64,000 bases of DNA from Dehalococcoidia bacterium (lineage in GTDB: Bacteria; Chloroflexota; Dehalococcoidia; Bin125), in NCBI GenBank assembly GCA_963662615.2, contig CAXXSR010000002.1, forward strand, positions 416,001-480,000. Direction: 5' to 3'. Within the stretch, counting starts at the first letter, position 1. Every line of letters begins with the position of its first letter. The notes under the pieces are model-generated. The model saw only the letters and a list, made by a program, of their open reading frames with translations, made no database searches and was not told the DNA's origin. The position numbers and the translations under genes were made by a program. This document shows positions 9,662-18,771 of this stretch, piece by piece.

Positions 9662-10849
9662 TCAGTCCGTGGCGTACAGCTCCAGCAAGCGCCGGGCGAT
9701 GACGAGCCTCTGTATCTCGCTGGTGCCCTCCCCCACCGCCAGCAGGGGCGCGTCGCGGTAGTAGCGCTCCACGGGCAGCTCGGTGGTGTAGCCCACGCCG
9801 CCGTGGATGCGCATGGACTCCAGGGCGCACTCCAGGGCGACCTCCGAGGCGAACAGCTTGGCCATGCCGACGTCCAGGTCGCCGCGCTGGCCGCCGTCCT
9901 TCTTGCGGGCGGCGTCGCGGGTGAGGAGGCGGGCGGCGCGAATGCTGGTGGCCATGTCGGCGAGCTTGAGCTGGATCGCTTGATGCTGGGCGATGGGCCG
10001 CCCGAACGTCTCCCGCTGCTGCGCGTAGGTGATGGCGGCGTCGAAAGCGGCCTGGGCCAGACCGACGGCGCGCGCTGCCACGTTGACGCGACCGATCTCC
10101 AGCGCGCTGAGGACCTGCTTGAAGCCGCGCCCCTCCTCGCCGCCCAAGAGGTTGGCGGCGGGGACGCGCATGTCGTCGAAGAAGAGTTCGGTGGTGGCCG
10201 TCCCCTTGTAGCCGAGCTTGTCGATGGTGCGTGCCACGCTGAAGCCGGGGGCGTCCGGCTCCACCAGCAAGGCGCTGATGCCGCGATGCCGAGGCTGCGC
10301 CGCGGGGTCGGTCTTGACCAGGGTCAGGAAGAGGCCGCCGCGGTCGCCGTTGGTGACGAAGAGCTTGTTGCCGTTGACCACGTAGTCGTCGCCGTCGCGC
10401 ACGGCGGTGGTGCGGATGGCCTGGACGTCGGAGCCGGCGTTGGGCTCCGTCATGCAGAGGCAGCCCTGAATGTCGCCGGCGGCAAGTCCGGCCAGAAAAC
10501 GCTCCTTCTGCTCCTCCGTCCCGTAGGTCTCGACGGCCCAGCCGTTGACGACGGTGGTGTTGATGATGCCGCCCAGGCTCATCCAGCCGCGGGAGACCTC
10601 CTCAATGACGGCGGAATAGGTCTCGAGCGAAAGTTCGAGGCCGCCGTAGCGCTCGGGGAAGGTGATGGCGAAGAGCCCCAACTCCTGCATGTCCTGGTAG
10701 AGCGCCGCGGGGAATTCGTCGGCGTGCTCGAGCGCGTCGGCGCTGGGGACGACCTTGTCGTCCACCCAGCGACGCACGGCGCGCACGATCTCGACGCCGA
10801 CTTCGCCGTCGCCGGCGATGATCTCGTGGGCGACGCTGGTGGGGCTCAT
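9662..10849 (-). CDS. Acyl-CoA dehydrogenase
   Basis: MTEPNAGSD, NGNKLFVTNG, IHGGVGY, GEGTSEIQ; ATGA overlap with the upstream gene. Confidence 0.95.
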   Translation of the reverse strand: MSPTSVAHEIIAGDGEVGVEIVRAVRRWVDDKVVPSADALEHADEFPAALYQDMQELGLFAITFPERYGGLELSLETYSAVIEEVSRGWMSLGGIINTTVVNGWAVETYGTEEQKERFLAGLAAGDIQGCLCMTEPNAGSDVQAIRTTAVRDGDDYVVNGNKLFVTNGDRGGLFLTLVKTDPAAQPRHRGISALLVEPDAPGFSVARTIDKLGYKGTATTELFFDDMRVPAANLLGGEEGRGFKQVLSALEIGRVNVAARAVGLAQAAFDAAITYAQQRETFGRPIAQHQAIQLKLADMATSIRAARLLTRDAARKKDGGQRGDLDVGMAKLFASEVALECALESMRIHGGVGYTTELPVERYYRDAPLLAVGEGTSEIQRLVIARRLLELYATD

Positions 10850-11742
10850 GGCTCTGGCTGCGCTTCCCGCTCGGCGATCCGCTCGACCCACTGCAGGAGA
10901 TTGTAGGCGCGCTCGGCGATGGGGTCGTCGATCATGACGCCGTCCAGCGCGACGGCGCCGTGCCCGCGTCGCTTGCCGCCCTCATAGGCGTCCACGACAC
11001 GCTTCGCCCACGCCATCTCCTCCTCGCTGGGAGCGAAGACGCGATTCGCGATCTCGACTTGCGTGGGGTGGATGCAGAACTTGGCGCGATAGCCCAGCTG
11101 CCGCGCCCGGCGCACGTCGTCCTCACACTGGTCGAGGTCGGTGAAGTTGGTGGTGGGGGTGTCGATGGGGACGATGGCGGCGGCGGCGCAGGCGTTGGCC
11201 ACGACGGCGCGGGCGAAGGCGAGCTCGGTCCCTTCCGGCGTGCGCTGGATGCCGAGGTCGGTGGCGTAGTCCTCGCCGCCGATGGCCGCTCCGATCAGGC
11301 GCGGGGAGGCGGTGCAGATCTCGTCCGCCCGCGCGATGGCCTGCGCGCTCTCGATCCAGGGGATCAGCTTGATCTGGCCGGCGGGGATGTCCCGCGTCCG
11401 TTCCAAGAGCGTCAGGTAGGCGTCGATGCGCTCGATGACGGCGGCGTCATGTGACTTGGGCATGTTGATGCCGTGCAGCCAAGGCCCCACCACGGCGTCG
11501 AGGTCCTCTTCGGCGAGACCGCTGTCCAGGGCGTTGATGCGGACGTAGAGGAGCCGCGCCCCAGCTGGGAATTCCGGCAGCGCCTCCGCGACGGTGCGTC
11601 GGGCCGCGGGCTTGTCGTCCCAGGCGACCGAATCTTCCAGGTCGAAGCAGATGATGTCGGCGGGGATCGCGCGCGCCTTGTCAATGAAGCGGGGGCGGAT
11701 GCCGGGGACCGACATCATGCTGCGGATGATGGGGGTGGGCAG
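10846..11742 (-). CDS. CitE/HpcH-family CoA-ester lyase
   Basis: FDLEDSV, YVRIN, WIES, GGEDY, CIHPTQV, DGVMID; probable CTG start after AAGGAGG. Confidence 0.92.
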   Translation of the reverse strand: MPTPIIRSMMSVPGIRPRFIDKARAIPADIICFDLEDSVAWDDKPAARRTVAEALPEFPAGARLLYVRINALDSGLAEEDLDAVVGPWLHGINMPKSHDAAVIERIDAYLTLLERTRDIPAGQIKLIPWIESAQAIARADEICTASPRLIGAAIGGEDYATDLGIQRTPEGTELAFARAVVANACAAAAIVPIDTPTTNFTDLDQCEDDVRRARQLGYRAKFCIHPTQVEIANRVFAPSEEEMAWAKRVVDAYEGGKRRGHGAVALDGVMIDDPIAERAYNLLQWVERIAEREAQPEP

Positions 11743-11867
11743 GGGCGCCTCCTTCGTCCGATCTGCACGCGGCTGCGGTGGGTGCGGGCAGGATACAGGC
11801 CGTTCTGGCGGCACGTCATGAGGGGCGTTCGCCCGGGGCGGAGGTTCGCGGCGCTACCGAGTGCGCG

Positions 11868-12647
11868 TCAATCGGAATCGTGGGCCGGCTCATCCGCGGC
11901 GAGGGGCGCCGGCGCCTCGGGGAAGATACTGCTGAGCCGGCGGCCGACAGCGGGCAGGCGTGTGAGCATGCCGCGCAGGCCCGCTCGGCGGACTTCCTGC
12001 GCGACCGCGATTTCCGATTCCGGATCTGCGTGGGAGGAGGCGCGCGGCGGGAGCAGGCCCTCCACCGCGGGCAGCCCCGCGGCCTGGGCTGCGAAGAGGA
12101 CGGTCGCGCGGGCGTAGGCGATGGCGTCGCCCGCGTCGGGGGCGCCGGCTGCGCGTATGGCGGGGCTTGCCTCGATGCCGAGCTCCGCCGCCAGCGCGGC
12201 CGCGTTCAAGCCGAGCCAGGTGAGGCGGTGCGAGCCCGTGGCGATCTCCGTCGCCAGGGTGAGCGCGCGTGCCGTTTCGATCCAGACGCCGATGGCGGTC
12301 AGGCCCACGGCGATCTCGGCGCGCGCCTCGGCCTCCTCCAGCAGAGAGTCGACGTAGCGCAGCTGCTCGACGCTCACCAACCCCGGCAGAGAGACGCCGT
12401 ATACGCCCTCCACGAGGCCGGTGAGCAGGCCGTCGCGGACGCGTTGTGTTTGCACCGGATGAACGTGGAGGTAGACGCGGTGGCCGGCCCCCAGCAATGC
12501 CGCGACGGCCGTGGCGACGGCGGGGTCATTGTCGCCGTCGGGGCCCGTGGGGTTCGTGCCGGTCAGGTCCAGGAGCGTGGCGTCGGGCCGGAAATCCGGG
12601 ACCGGGGCGGTGGGTGGCAGGAGGAGGAGCGAGCGAACGCTGTCCAT
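11868..12647 (-). CDS. Degenerate CitE-like protein
   Basis: RSLL, WIETARAL, AYARA..LFAA.AAGL fold motifs present; DxED, RxN and GxED catalytic motifs absent. Confidence 0.7.
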   Translation of the reverse strand: MDSVRSLLLLPPTAPVPDFRPDATLLDLTGTNPTGPDGDNDPAVATAVAALLGAGHRVYLHVHPVQTQRVRDGLLTGLVEGVYGVSLPGLVSVEQLRYVDSLLEEAEARAEIAVGLTAIGVWIETARALTLATEIATGSHRLTWLGLNAAALAAELGIEASPAIRAAGAPDAGDAIAYARATVLFAAQAAGLPAVEGLLPPRASSHADPESEIAVAQEVRRAGLRGMLTRLPAVGRRLSSIFPEAPAPLAADEPAHDSD

Positions 12648-12697
12648 GTCGCGGTCACACCGAGGTGCGGTCGGTGGTTCGGTATCTCACGCCGGGC

Positions 12698-14002
12698 TCA
12701 GGCGGAGAGGAGCGCGGTGAGAGCTGCTTCGTCGTCGTACGACCCGACGACGGCGATGGCGACGTTGTCGCGGCGAATGAAGCGGCGGGCCACGCGCTGC
12801 ACGTCGTCGGCGGTGACGGCGCGGAAGTCGTTGACGACGTCGTCGACGGTGCGGATCTGGCCCTCGGACAGCAGGCTCTCACCAGCCCGATGGCTGTGGG
12901 CGGTGGCTGTCTCCAGGCTGAGGCGGAAGGAGCCGATGGCGTGCTCGCGCGCTTTCTCGAGTTCGGCCGCGCCGACCGCCTCGTCGACGAGGCGGTCGAG
13001 TTCGGCCAGCACGACCTCGACCGTCTCCACCACGTTCTCCGGCGCGACGCCCGCTGCCACGCCGAGATGGCCCGTGTCCTTGAATCGCGCCGCGCCCGAG
13101 CCGACGCTGTAGGCGAGGCCGCGCCGCTCGCGCACCTCCAGGAAGAGCCGGCTGCTCATGCCGCGGCCGAGGACGCCGTTGAGCAGCGCGAGGACGTAGC
13201 GATCCGGGTCCTCACGCGGGAACGTGCGCAGGGCCAGCGCGACGTTGCACTGCTCGATCTCACGAGACTCCAGGACGACGCGCTGCGACCCCATGGCCGG
13301 GGTAGCGAGCGAGGGCGCCGGCGTCTCGGCCTCGGGCAGGTCCTCCCAGTAGCGGCCGGCCAGCTCAAGCACCGCGTCGGCGTCCACGTTGCCCGCCACC
13401 GAGAGGACCATGTTCTCCGGCCGGTACCAGACGTCGATGTGGTTGCGGAGGTGCTCGCGTTCGATCGCGGCGACACTCTCGTGGTCCCCGGCGATCTCCC
13501 ATCCCAGCGGCTGGTCGCCGTAGGCCGCCTCCACGACGAGCTGCTGCGCCCGCTGTCCGGGCTCGTCATTGGCGCGACGGATCTCTTGCTGGATGACGGC
13601 ACGCTCGCGTTCCACCTCCTCGTCCGCCAGCAGCGAGGAGCGCAGGCTGTCGGCGAGGATGTCCATCGCCAGCGCCAGCGTGTCGTAGGGGACGCGATTC
13701 CAGAAGCAGGTCAGCTCCTGGCTGGTAAAGGCGTTGAGCGAGCCGCCCGCGCCCTCAATCGCGGCGCTGATCTCCTGCGCCGTAGGTCGCGATTCGGTGC
13801 CCTTGAAGAGCATGTGCTCCAGGTAGTGCGAGAGGCCGAGCGTGTCGCGGTGTTCGGCCCGGCTGCCCACACCGACGTACGCGGCCAGGGAGGCGGCCTG
13901 GGACTGGGGCAGCGGCGTGATGACCAGGCGTAGCCCGTTGGCAAGTGTGGCGATAGTCCAGGGCGCATTCACGGAAGCCGAAGCGGCGCTCTGCTGCGTC
14001 AC
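12698..14002 (-). CDS. M16 family zinc peptidase
   Basis: HYLEH inverted zinc motif, LNAFTS, MSSRLF.EVRERRGLAY. Confidence 0.95.
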   Translation of the reverse strand: MTQQSAASASVNAPWTIATLANGLRLVITPLPQSQAASLAAYVGVGSRAEHRDTLGLSHYLEHMLFKGTESRPTAQEISAAIEGAGGSLNAFTSQELTCFWNRVPYDTLALAMDILADSLRSSLLADEEVERERAVIQQEIRRANDEPGQRAQQLVVEAAYGDQPLGWEIAGDHESVAAIEREHLRNHIDVWYRPENMVLSVAGNVDADAVLELAGRYWEDLPEAETPAPSLATPAMGSQRVVLESREIEQCNVALALRTFPREDPDRYVLALLNGVLGRGMSSRLFLEVRERRGLAYSVGSGAARFKDTGHLGVAAGVAPENVVETVEVVLAELDRLVDEAVGAAELEKAREHAIGSFRLSLETATAHSHRAGESLLSEGQIRTVDDVVNDFRAVTADDVQRVARRFIRRDNVAIAVVGSYDDEAALTALLSA

Positions 14003-14125
14003 GTGTCTCTCCTCATGAGCCGGTGCTCACGCCGTTTCCGGTGCAGTCGGATGAGGGGGACTTCCTCTTCGCAGGCTAGCACGCCAGTTCGCCGGCTCGC
14101 GCGGGCGCGCCGGTAGGCTACCCGC

Positions 14126-15097
14126 ATGAGCCGCCGCTTGGTTGAGGCCCAATACGAGTGGAACTGGAGCTCGCTGGTGGGCAGCGTGCAGGGGCTGCTT
14201 CGCGCCCTGGGCCTCCCCTTTGATGCGGCTCAGGTCAGCGCGGCGCTGGGCGATGCGTTTCGAGTGGATGCAGCCGGCATGGATGAGACGCCGGCGTTCC
14301 GTCGTACCGGCTATCAGGTTCGTCCACTTGCCTCATTGCCGGAGGACCTCGCGGCGTTGGGCCTCGAAGCACAAGTGGAGGTGCGCCATGTGGCCCGCGA
14401 GGGCCCGCCCTCGTTCTGGCGACGGCGCCGGCTGCGGCGACGGATCAAGGGCCGCCTGGACCGGGGGACGGCGGTGGTGGCGTATCGGGCGGGGCTGGCC
14501 GAGTTCGGATTGATCGTGGGCTATGACGACGATCGCGGGAGTTACCGGGTGCAAGGACCGTTCAGCGACGAGGTGGGACCCTGGGTCGCCTACGACGATC
14601 TGTGGACTGCCCGGGGAATCGGCGCGGAGACGGGGGAGGGCGTCGCCGGGTGGCTGGCCGTGGTCCTGGCGGGCGTGATCCCGGCCGACGAGGGGGCGCC
14701 GCGCCCGGAACAGGTCTTGGCGCGCGCTTGCCGGCACGCGCTGTCAGCTCAGGCGCCGGCGCGCCTGGAACGGTGGGCGGCGCTCCTGGAGGGCGATGCC
14801 GACATCGATCCGCCGGGCCATGCCTACTGGGTGCAGGCGCTCGCCTCGGCCCGCGGCGAAGCCGCGCGCTTCTGGCGCGCCGCGGCAGGCGATGACGGGA
14901 GGTTGACGCCGATCGCGGAGGCGGCGCGGCGCGAGGCGCTGACCCTTTCCCGCTTTGCGACGCTCTACCCGTACCCGGCCGGCGGTGACGTGGAGGGAGG
15001 CGGGGCGCGGGCGGTGGGGGCGCGCACCCTCCGCGACGCGATCGGCGACGAGCGCGAAGTCGTTGAGCGGCTGCGCGGCATTGACGTCGGGCCGTGA
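14126..15097 (+). CDS. Hypothetical protein (weak resemblance to papain-like/BtrH-type folds)
   Basis: 323-aa ORF with protein-like composition and an EFGLIVGYDD motif. Confidence 0.55.
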   Translation: MSRRLVEAQYEWNWSSLVGSVQGLLRALGLPFDAAQVSAALGDAFRVDAAGMDETPAFRRTGYQVRPLASLPEDLAALGLEAQVEVRHVAREGPPSFWRRRRLRRRIKGRLDRGTAVVAYRAGLAEFGLIVGYDDDRGSYRVQGPFSDEVGPWVAYDDLWTARGIGAETGEGVAGWLAVVLAGVIPADEGAPRPEQVLARACRHALSAQAPARLERWAALLEGDADIDPPGHAYWVQALASARGEAARFWRAAAGDDGRLTPIAEAARREALTLSRFATLYPYPAGGDVEGGGARAVGARTLRDAIGDEREVVERLRGIDVGP

Positions 15098-15137
15098 GAC
15101 TTCGGGCGGTGAGACTTCGAGCCGTGAGCCGCCCTCT

Positions 15138-15249
15138 CCGCACTGACCGCGAGCCACAGTGACCGCGAGCCGCAGTGACCGCGAGCCGCAGTGACCGCGA
15201 GCCGCAGTGCCCGCGAGCCGCAGTGCCCGCGAGCCGCAGTGGCCGCGAG
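15138..15249 (+). repeat. Intergenic 16-bp tandem repeat CCGCAGTG(A/C/G)CCGCGAG x7
   Basis: Seven units with 0-1 mismatch; a separate GTGAGACTTCG x2 repeat precedes it at about 15094-15120. Confidence 0.93.
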
Positions 15250-15287
15250 CGGAGCGGCCGCCCGCTTGTTAGACTGCGACGGAGGGC

Positions 15288-15530
15288 GTGATGGCCGTTG
15301 CGGTGAAGCTCTTCGCGACTCTGGTGGGTCTGTCCAAGACGAAACGGCCGCAGTTCGAGATGGAGTGGTGGGAGGGGATGACCGCGCGGGACCTCCTGAC
15401 GGCGGAGGGCTTCAGCGAGAAGGACGAGGAGACGATCGCGGCCGTGGTCAACGGCGAGCAGGCCGACTGGGACACGGCGCTGCGGAACGGGGATCGCGTG
15501 GAGTTGCTCGTCAGCCTGCAGGGCGGATGA
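15288..15530 (+). CDS. MoaD/ThiS-family sulfur carrier
   Basis: VKLFATL start, VVNG, LRNGDRV, C-terminal GG. Confidence 0.88.
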   Translation: MMAVAVKLFATLVGLSKTKRPQFEMEWWEGMTARDLLTAEGFSEKDEETIAAVVNGEQADWDTALRNGDRVELLVSLQGG

Positions 15531-15639
15531 GCGAGCGGGCCGGAGCCGCCACGCTGCGGGGCCGCCGGGCTGCTGGGCCGCCACGTTGCGGCGCAGCCCT
15601 CTGATACGTCTTATGCGGCCGCGCGTTGATACTCTCGCG

Positions 15640-15669
15640 TTGACACCCTCGCGAGGCGGCCCATAGGAT
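15640..15669 (+). promoter_or_regulatory. Sigma70-type promoter for pyrG
   Basis: TTGACA-N18-TAGGAT. Confidence 0.6.
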
Positions 15670-15730
15670 GCGGGATAGAACAGACGGTCGGAAATGTTCG
15701 CCTGAGCGCCGCGAGTCTTGGCGCTGATTG

Positions 15731-17389
15731 ATGCCGAAATACATCTTCGTCACCGGCGGCGTCGTGAGTTCAGTCGGCAAGGGCATCACGACCGCTTCTC
15801 TGGCGAGACTCCTCAAGAGCCGCGGCCTCTCCGTCACCGTGCAGAAGCTAGACCCCTACCTGAACGTGGATCCGGGAACGATGTCGCCGTACCAGCACGG
15901 CGAAGTGTTCGTCACGGCCGACGGCGCCGAGACGGACCTGGATCTGGGCCACTACGAGCGCTTTTTGGATCAGGACCTGACGGGCTCTTCTTCCCTGACA
16001 ATGGGCCAGATCAACCAGGCGGTCATCGCCCAAGAGCGCCGGGGCGATCACCTGGGCGGGACCATTCAAACCGTTCCCCACATCACCAACGAGATCAAAG
16101 CGCGGGTGCGGGGGCTGGCCGAGGCTGAGGGCGTGGACGTCCTCATCGTCGAAGTGGGCGGCACGGTGGGCGACATTGAGAGCCAGCCGTTCCTAGAGGC
16201 GATCCGGCAGACGCGGTCGGAAGAGCGCCGCGAGGATGTGCTCTCGATCCACGTGACGATGCTGCCGTACTTGCGGGCGACGCGGGAGTTGAAGACCAAA
16301 CCCACGCAGCATTCGGTACGCGAGCTGCGCTCCATGGGGATTCAGCCGGACGTGATCATCGTGCGGGCGGAGATGCCCGTGGAGTCGGCGATCAAAGAGA
16401 AGATCGCGCTGTTCTGCGACGTGCAGGTGCATGGCGTGATCCCGCTGGAGACGGTGCCAAGCATCTACCAAGTGCCGCAGATTCTTGAGGACGCGGGCCT
16501 CACCGACTTGGTGCTGGAGCGGCTCGCGCTGCCGGCGCAGGAGCGTGACCTGGCGGAGTGGCGGCTCTGGGTGCAACGTCTGCGAAACCCCAGTCGGCAC
16601 GCCACCGTTGCGGTGGTGGGGAAGTACGTGGAGCTGTATGACTCGTACCTCTCCGTCCGGGAGGCGTTGGTCCATGCCGGTGTGGAGTTGGACACGGAGA
16701 TCGACGTCCGCTGGGTGCAGTCGGAAGGGTTGGAGGGGGAGCGGCTGGTGCGCGCGCTGGAGGGCGTGGCGGGCATCGTGGTGCCTGGGGGGTTCGGTTC
16801 CCGGGGCAGCGAGGGGGAGATCAATGCGGCTCAGTACGCCCGGGAACGGGGGGTCGCCTATCTGGGTCTGTGCCGTGGGATGCAGGTGATGGTGATTGAG
16901 TTCGCCCGCCACGTCCTGGGCTTGCCCCAGGCCACCTCCACGGAGTTCGACCCGGAGAGCCCCGACCCCGTGATCTCCCTGCTGGAGGAGCAGGAGGACG
17001 TGGTGGACATGGGCGGCACCATGCGCCTGGGACACTATCCCTGCCGCTTGACGGAGGGCAGCATTGCGCAACGGGCGTACGGCGCTGAGTTGATTCAGGA
17101 ACGGCACCGGCATCGTTGGGAGTTCAACAATCGCTACCGCGAGCCGCTGGCGGCCGCCGGGCTGACCGCCTCCGGGCACTCGCCGGACGGCGCGCTGGTG
17201 GAGATCGCGGAGTTGCGGGATCACCCGTTCATGCTGGGCTCGCAGTTCCATCCGGAGTTACGTTCCCGGCCGGGGCGGCCGCATCCGCTGTTCGCGGCGT
17301 TCATGGCGGCGGCGGCCGGGCTGCCCCCGCCGGCGGTCGCGGGGCCGATGGCGTCAGAGGCCTTGGGGTCGTCGCAGCGCCCGCGGTGA
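15731..17389 (+). CDS. pyrG: CTP synthase
   Basis: KYIFVTGGVVSSVGKG, KTKPTQHSV, glutaminase Cys (GLCRG), QFHPE. Confidence 0.98.
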   Translation: MPKYIFVTGGVVSSVGKGITTASLARLLKSRGLSVTVQKLDPYLNVDPGTMSPYQHGEVFVTADGAETDLDLGHYERFLDQDLTGSSSLTMGQINQAVIAQERRGDHLGGTIQTVPHITNEIKARVRGLAEAEGVDVLIVEVGGTVGDIESQPFLEAIRQTRSEERREDVLSIHVTMLPYLRATRELKTKPTQHSVRELRSMGIQPDVIIVRAEMPVESAIKEKIALFCDVQVHGVIPLETVPSIYQVPQILEDAGLTDLVLERLALPAQERDLAEWRLWVQRLRNPSRHATVAVVGKYVELYDSYLSVREALVHAGVELDTEIDVRWVQSEGLEGERLVRALEGVAGIVVPGGFGSRGSEGEINAAQYARERGVAYLGLCRGMQVMVIEFARHVLGLPQATSTEFDPESPDPVISLLEEQEDVVDMGGTMRLGHYPCRLTEGSIAQRAYGAELIQERHRHRWEFNNRYREPLAAAGLTASGHSPDGALVEIAELRDHPFMLGSQFHPELRSRPGRPHPLFAAFMAAAAGLPPPAVAGPMASEALGSSQRPR

Positions 17390-17416
17390 GGGAGGCGCGT
17401 GAGGTATGGACGCCGG

Positions 17417-17896
17417 GTGAGTGAAGACGATGCGTTTCGGCTGGTCCACCTGCTGTCACTGTTCTTTTACCTGGCCGGCCTGGGAGCGACGATGGTGCCG
17501 CTGTACCGGAATTGGAGGAGCGAGGATCTGCAGGCGCAGGTCTATGCCTTTCGCGATGCCGGCCGCAACCAAGCCGGTCTGCTGATCCCCGGAATTGTTT
17601 TGGTGGGAGTGACCGGTCTGATCTGGGGCATTCGCGCCGACCAGGTCGATCCGGTCACGACGGGCTGGCTCGTAGCGGTGGAGATCATTTACCTCGTCAC
17701 CCTGTTCATCTGCCTGCCGGCCATGGCGGCGGGGCTGCGGCGAGCGCGGCTGCTCGCCCTGCAGGCGCAAAAGACGGGGGAGATCAGTGTGGAGCTGCGC
17801 GAGACCCTGGCCGATCGAGGGCCGCTGGTCTTTGGGACGCTGATGGTGTTCCTGGTGGCGCTGATGACGGCGTTCGCGGTGGCGAAGCCGTTCTAG
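17417..17896 (+). CDS. DUF2269-like membrane protein
   Basis: Four hydrophobic segments, N-terminal LVHL, C-terminal AKPF. Confidence 0.65.
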   Translation: MSEDDAFRLVHLLSLFFYLAGLGATMVPLYRNWRSEDLQAQVYAFRDAGRNQAGLLIPGIVLVGVTGLIWGIRADQVDPVTTGWLVAVEIIYLVTLFICLPAMAAGLRRARLLALQAQKTGEISVELRETLADRGPLVFGTLMVFLVALMTAFAVAKPF

Positions 17897-17920
17897 CGGA
17901 GCCTGAGCGGAGAAGGAACG

Positions 17921-18592
17921 ATGCGACTCTTTCTGGATACGGCGAACCTGGACGAGATCAGGCAGGGGGTGCGCTGGGGCGCCTGCGACGGCGTGACGAC
18001 GAATCCGTCGCTCTATGCGAAGGAGAGCGGCGACGGCGTCGGATACCGAGAGCGTGTCCTGGAGATCACGGCCATCGTGGACGGCCCCGTCTCCGCGGAG
18101 TGCGTCAGTCGCACGGCCGATGATCTGGTGGCGGAGGCGCGCGAGATCGCGTCGTGGCATCCCAATGTGGTGGTCAAGATCGCCATTGACGGCGCCGGGC
18201 TGGAGGCGATCCGGCGGGTCAGCGCCGAGGGGATCCGCGTCAACACCACGTTGATCTTTTCCACGAATCAGGCGCTGCTGGCCGCGCACGCGGGGGCCGC
18301 GTTCGTGAGCCCGTTCATTGGCCGGCTGGACGACATTGGCCAGGATGGGGTGGGCGTGGTGGAGGAGATCGTGGAGCTGTTGGATCGCTACCACCTTCCC
18401 ACCCAGGTGATCGCCGCGAGCGTGCGCAACACGCCGCACGTGGCGCAGTGCGCCGCTGTGGGGGCGCACATTACGACGATGCCGTTCACGGTGCTTGAGC
18501 AGATGCTGAAGCATCCGCTCACGGATCGCGGCATCGCCACGTTCCTGGCGGATTGGGAACGGGCGCAGGCCCCGGCGCGGCCGCGGTCCTAG
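17921..18592 (+). CDS. tal: Transaldolase / fructose-6-phosphate aldolase (short type)
   Basis: FLDTAN, GVTTNPS, NVVVKI, SPFIGRLDD, HPLTD.GI. Confidence 0.93.
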   Translation: MRLFLDTANLDEIRQGVRWGACDGVTTNPSLYAKESGDGVGYRERVLEITAIVDGPVSAECVSRTADDLVAEAREIASWHPNVVVKIAIDGAGLEAIRRVSAEGIRVNTTLIFSTNQALLAAHAGAAFVSPFIGRLDDIGQDGVGVVEEIVELLDRYHLPTQVIAASVRNTPHVAQCAAVGAHITTMPFTVLEQMLKHPLTDRGIATFLADWERAQAPARPRS

Positions 18593-18771
18593 CGGGGCCG
18601 CGCTGGTTGGTAGCACGAGCGACGTGCGAGTGCGGCCTCAGCGCTTGCGCTCCGGGCGCGGGATCGATACGATTTAATTGAGCAGCGAGTGCAGGACGCG
18701 CTCGCACCACCCCCCAAGTCCCTACCATCGCGCAGGCAGTACCGCGGTCGTTGGGCGCAGAGTCCTACAAC

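Noticed and set aside
18593-18771. Rho leader with a hairpin and C-rich tract
   Set aside because: Compatible with known rho autoregulation and too weak to call.
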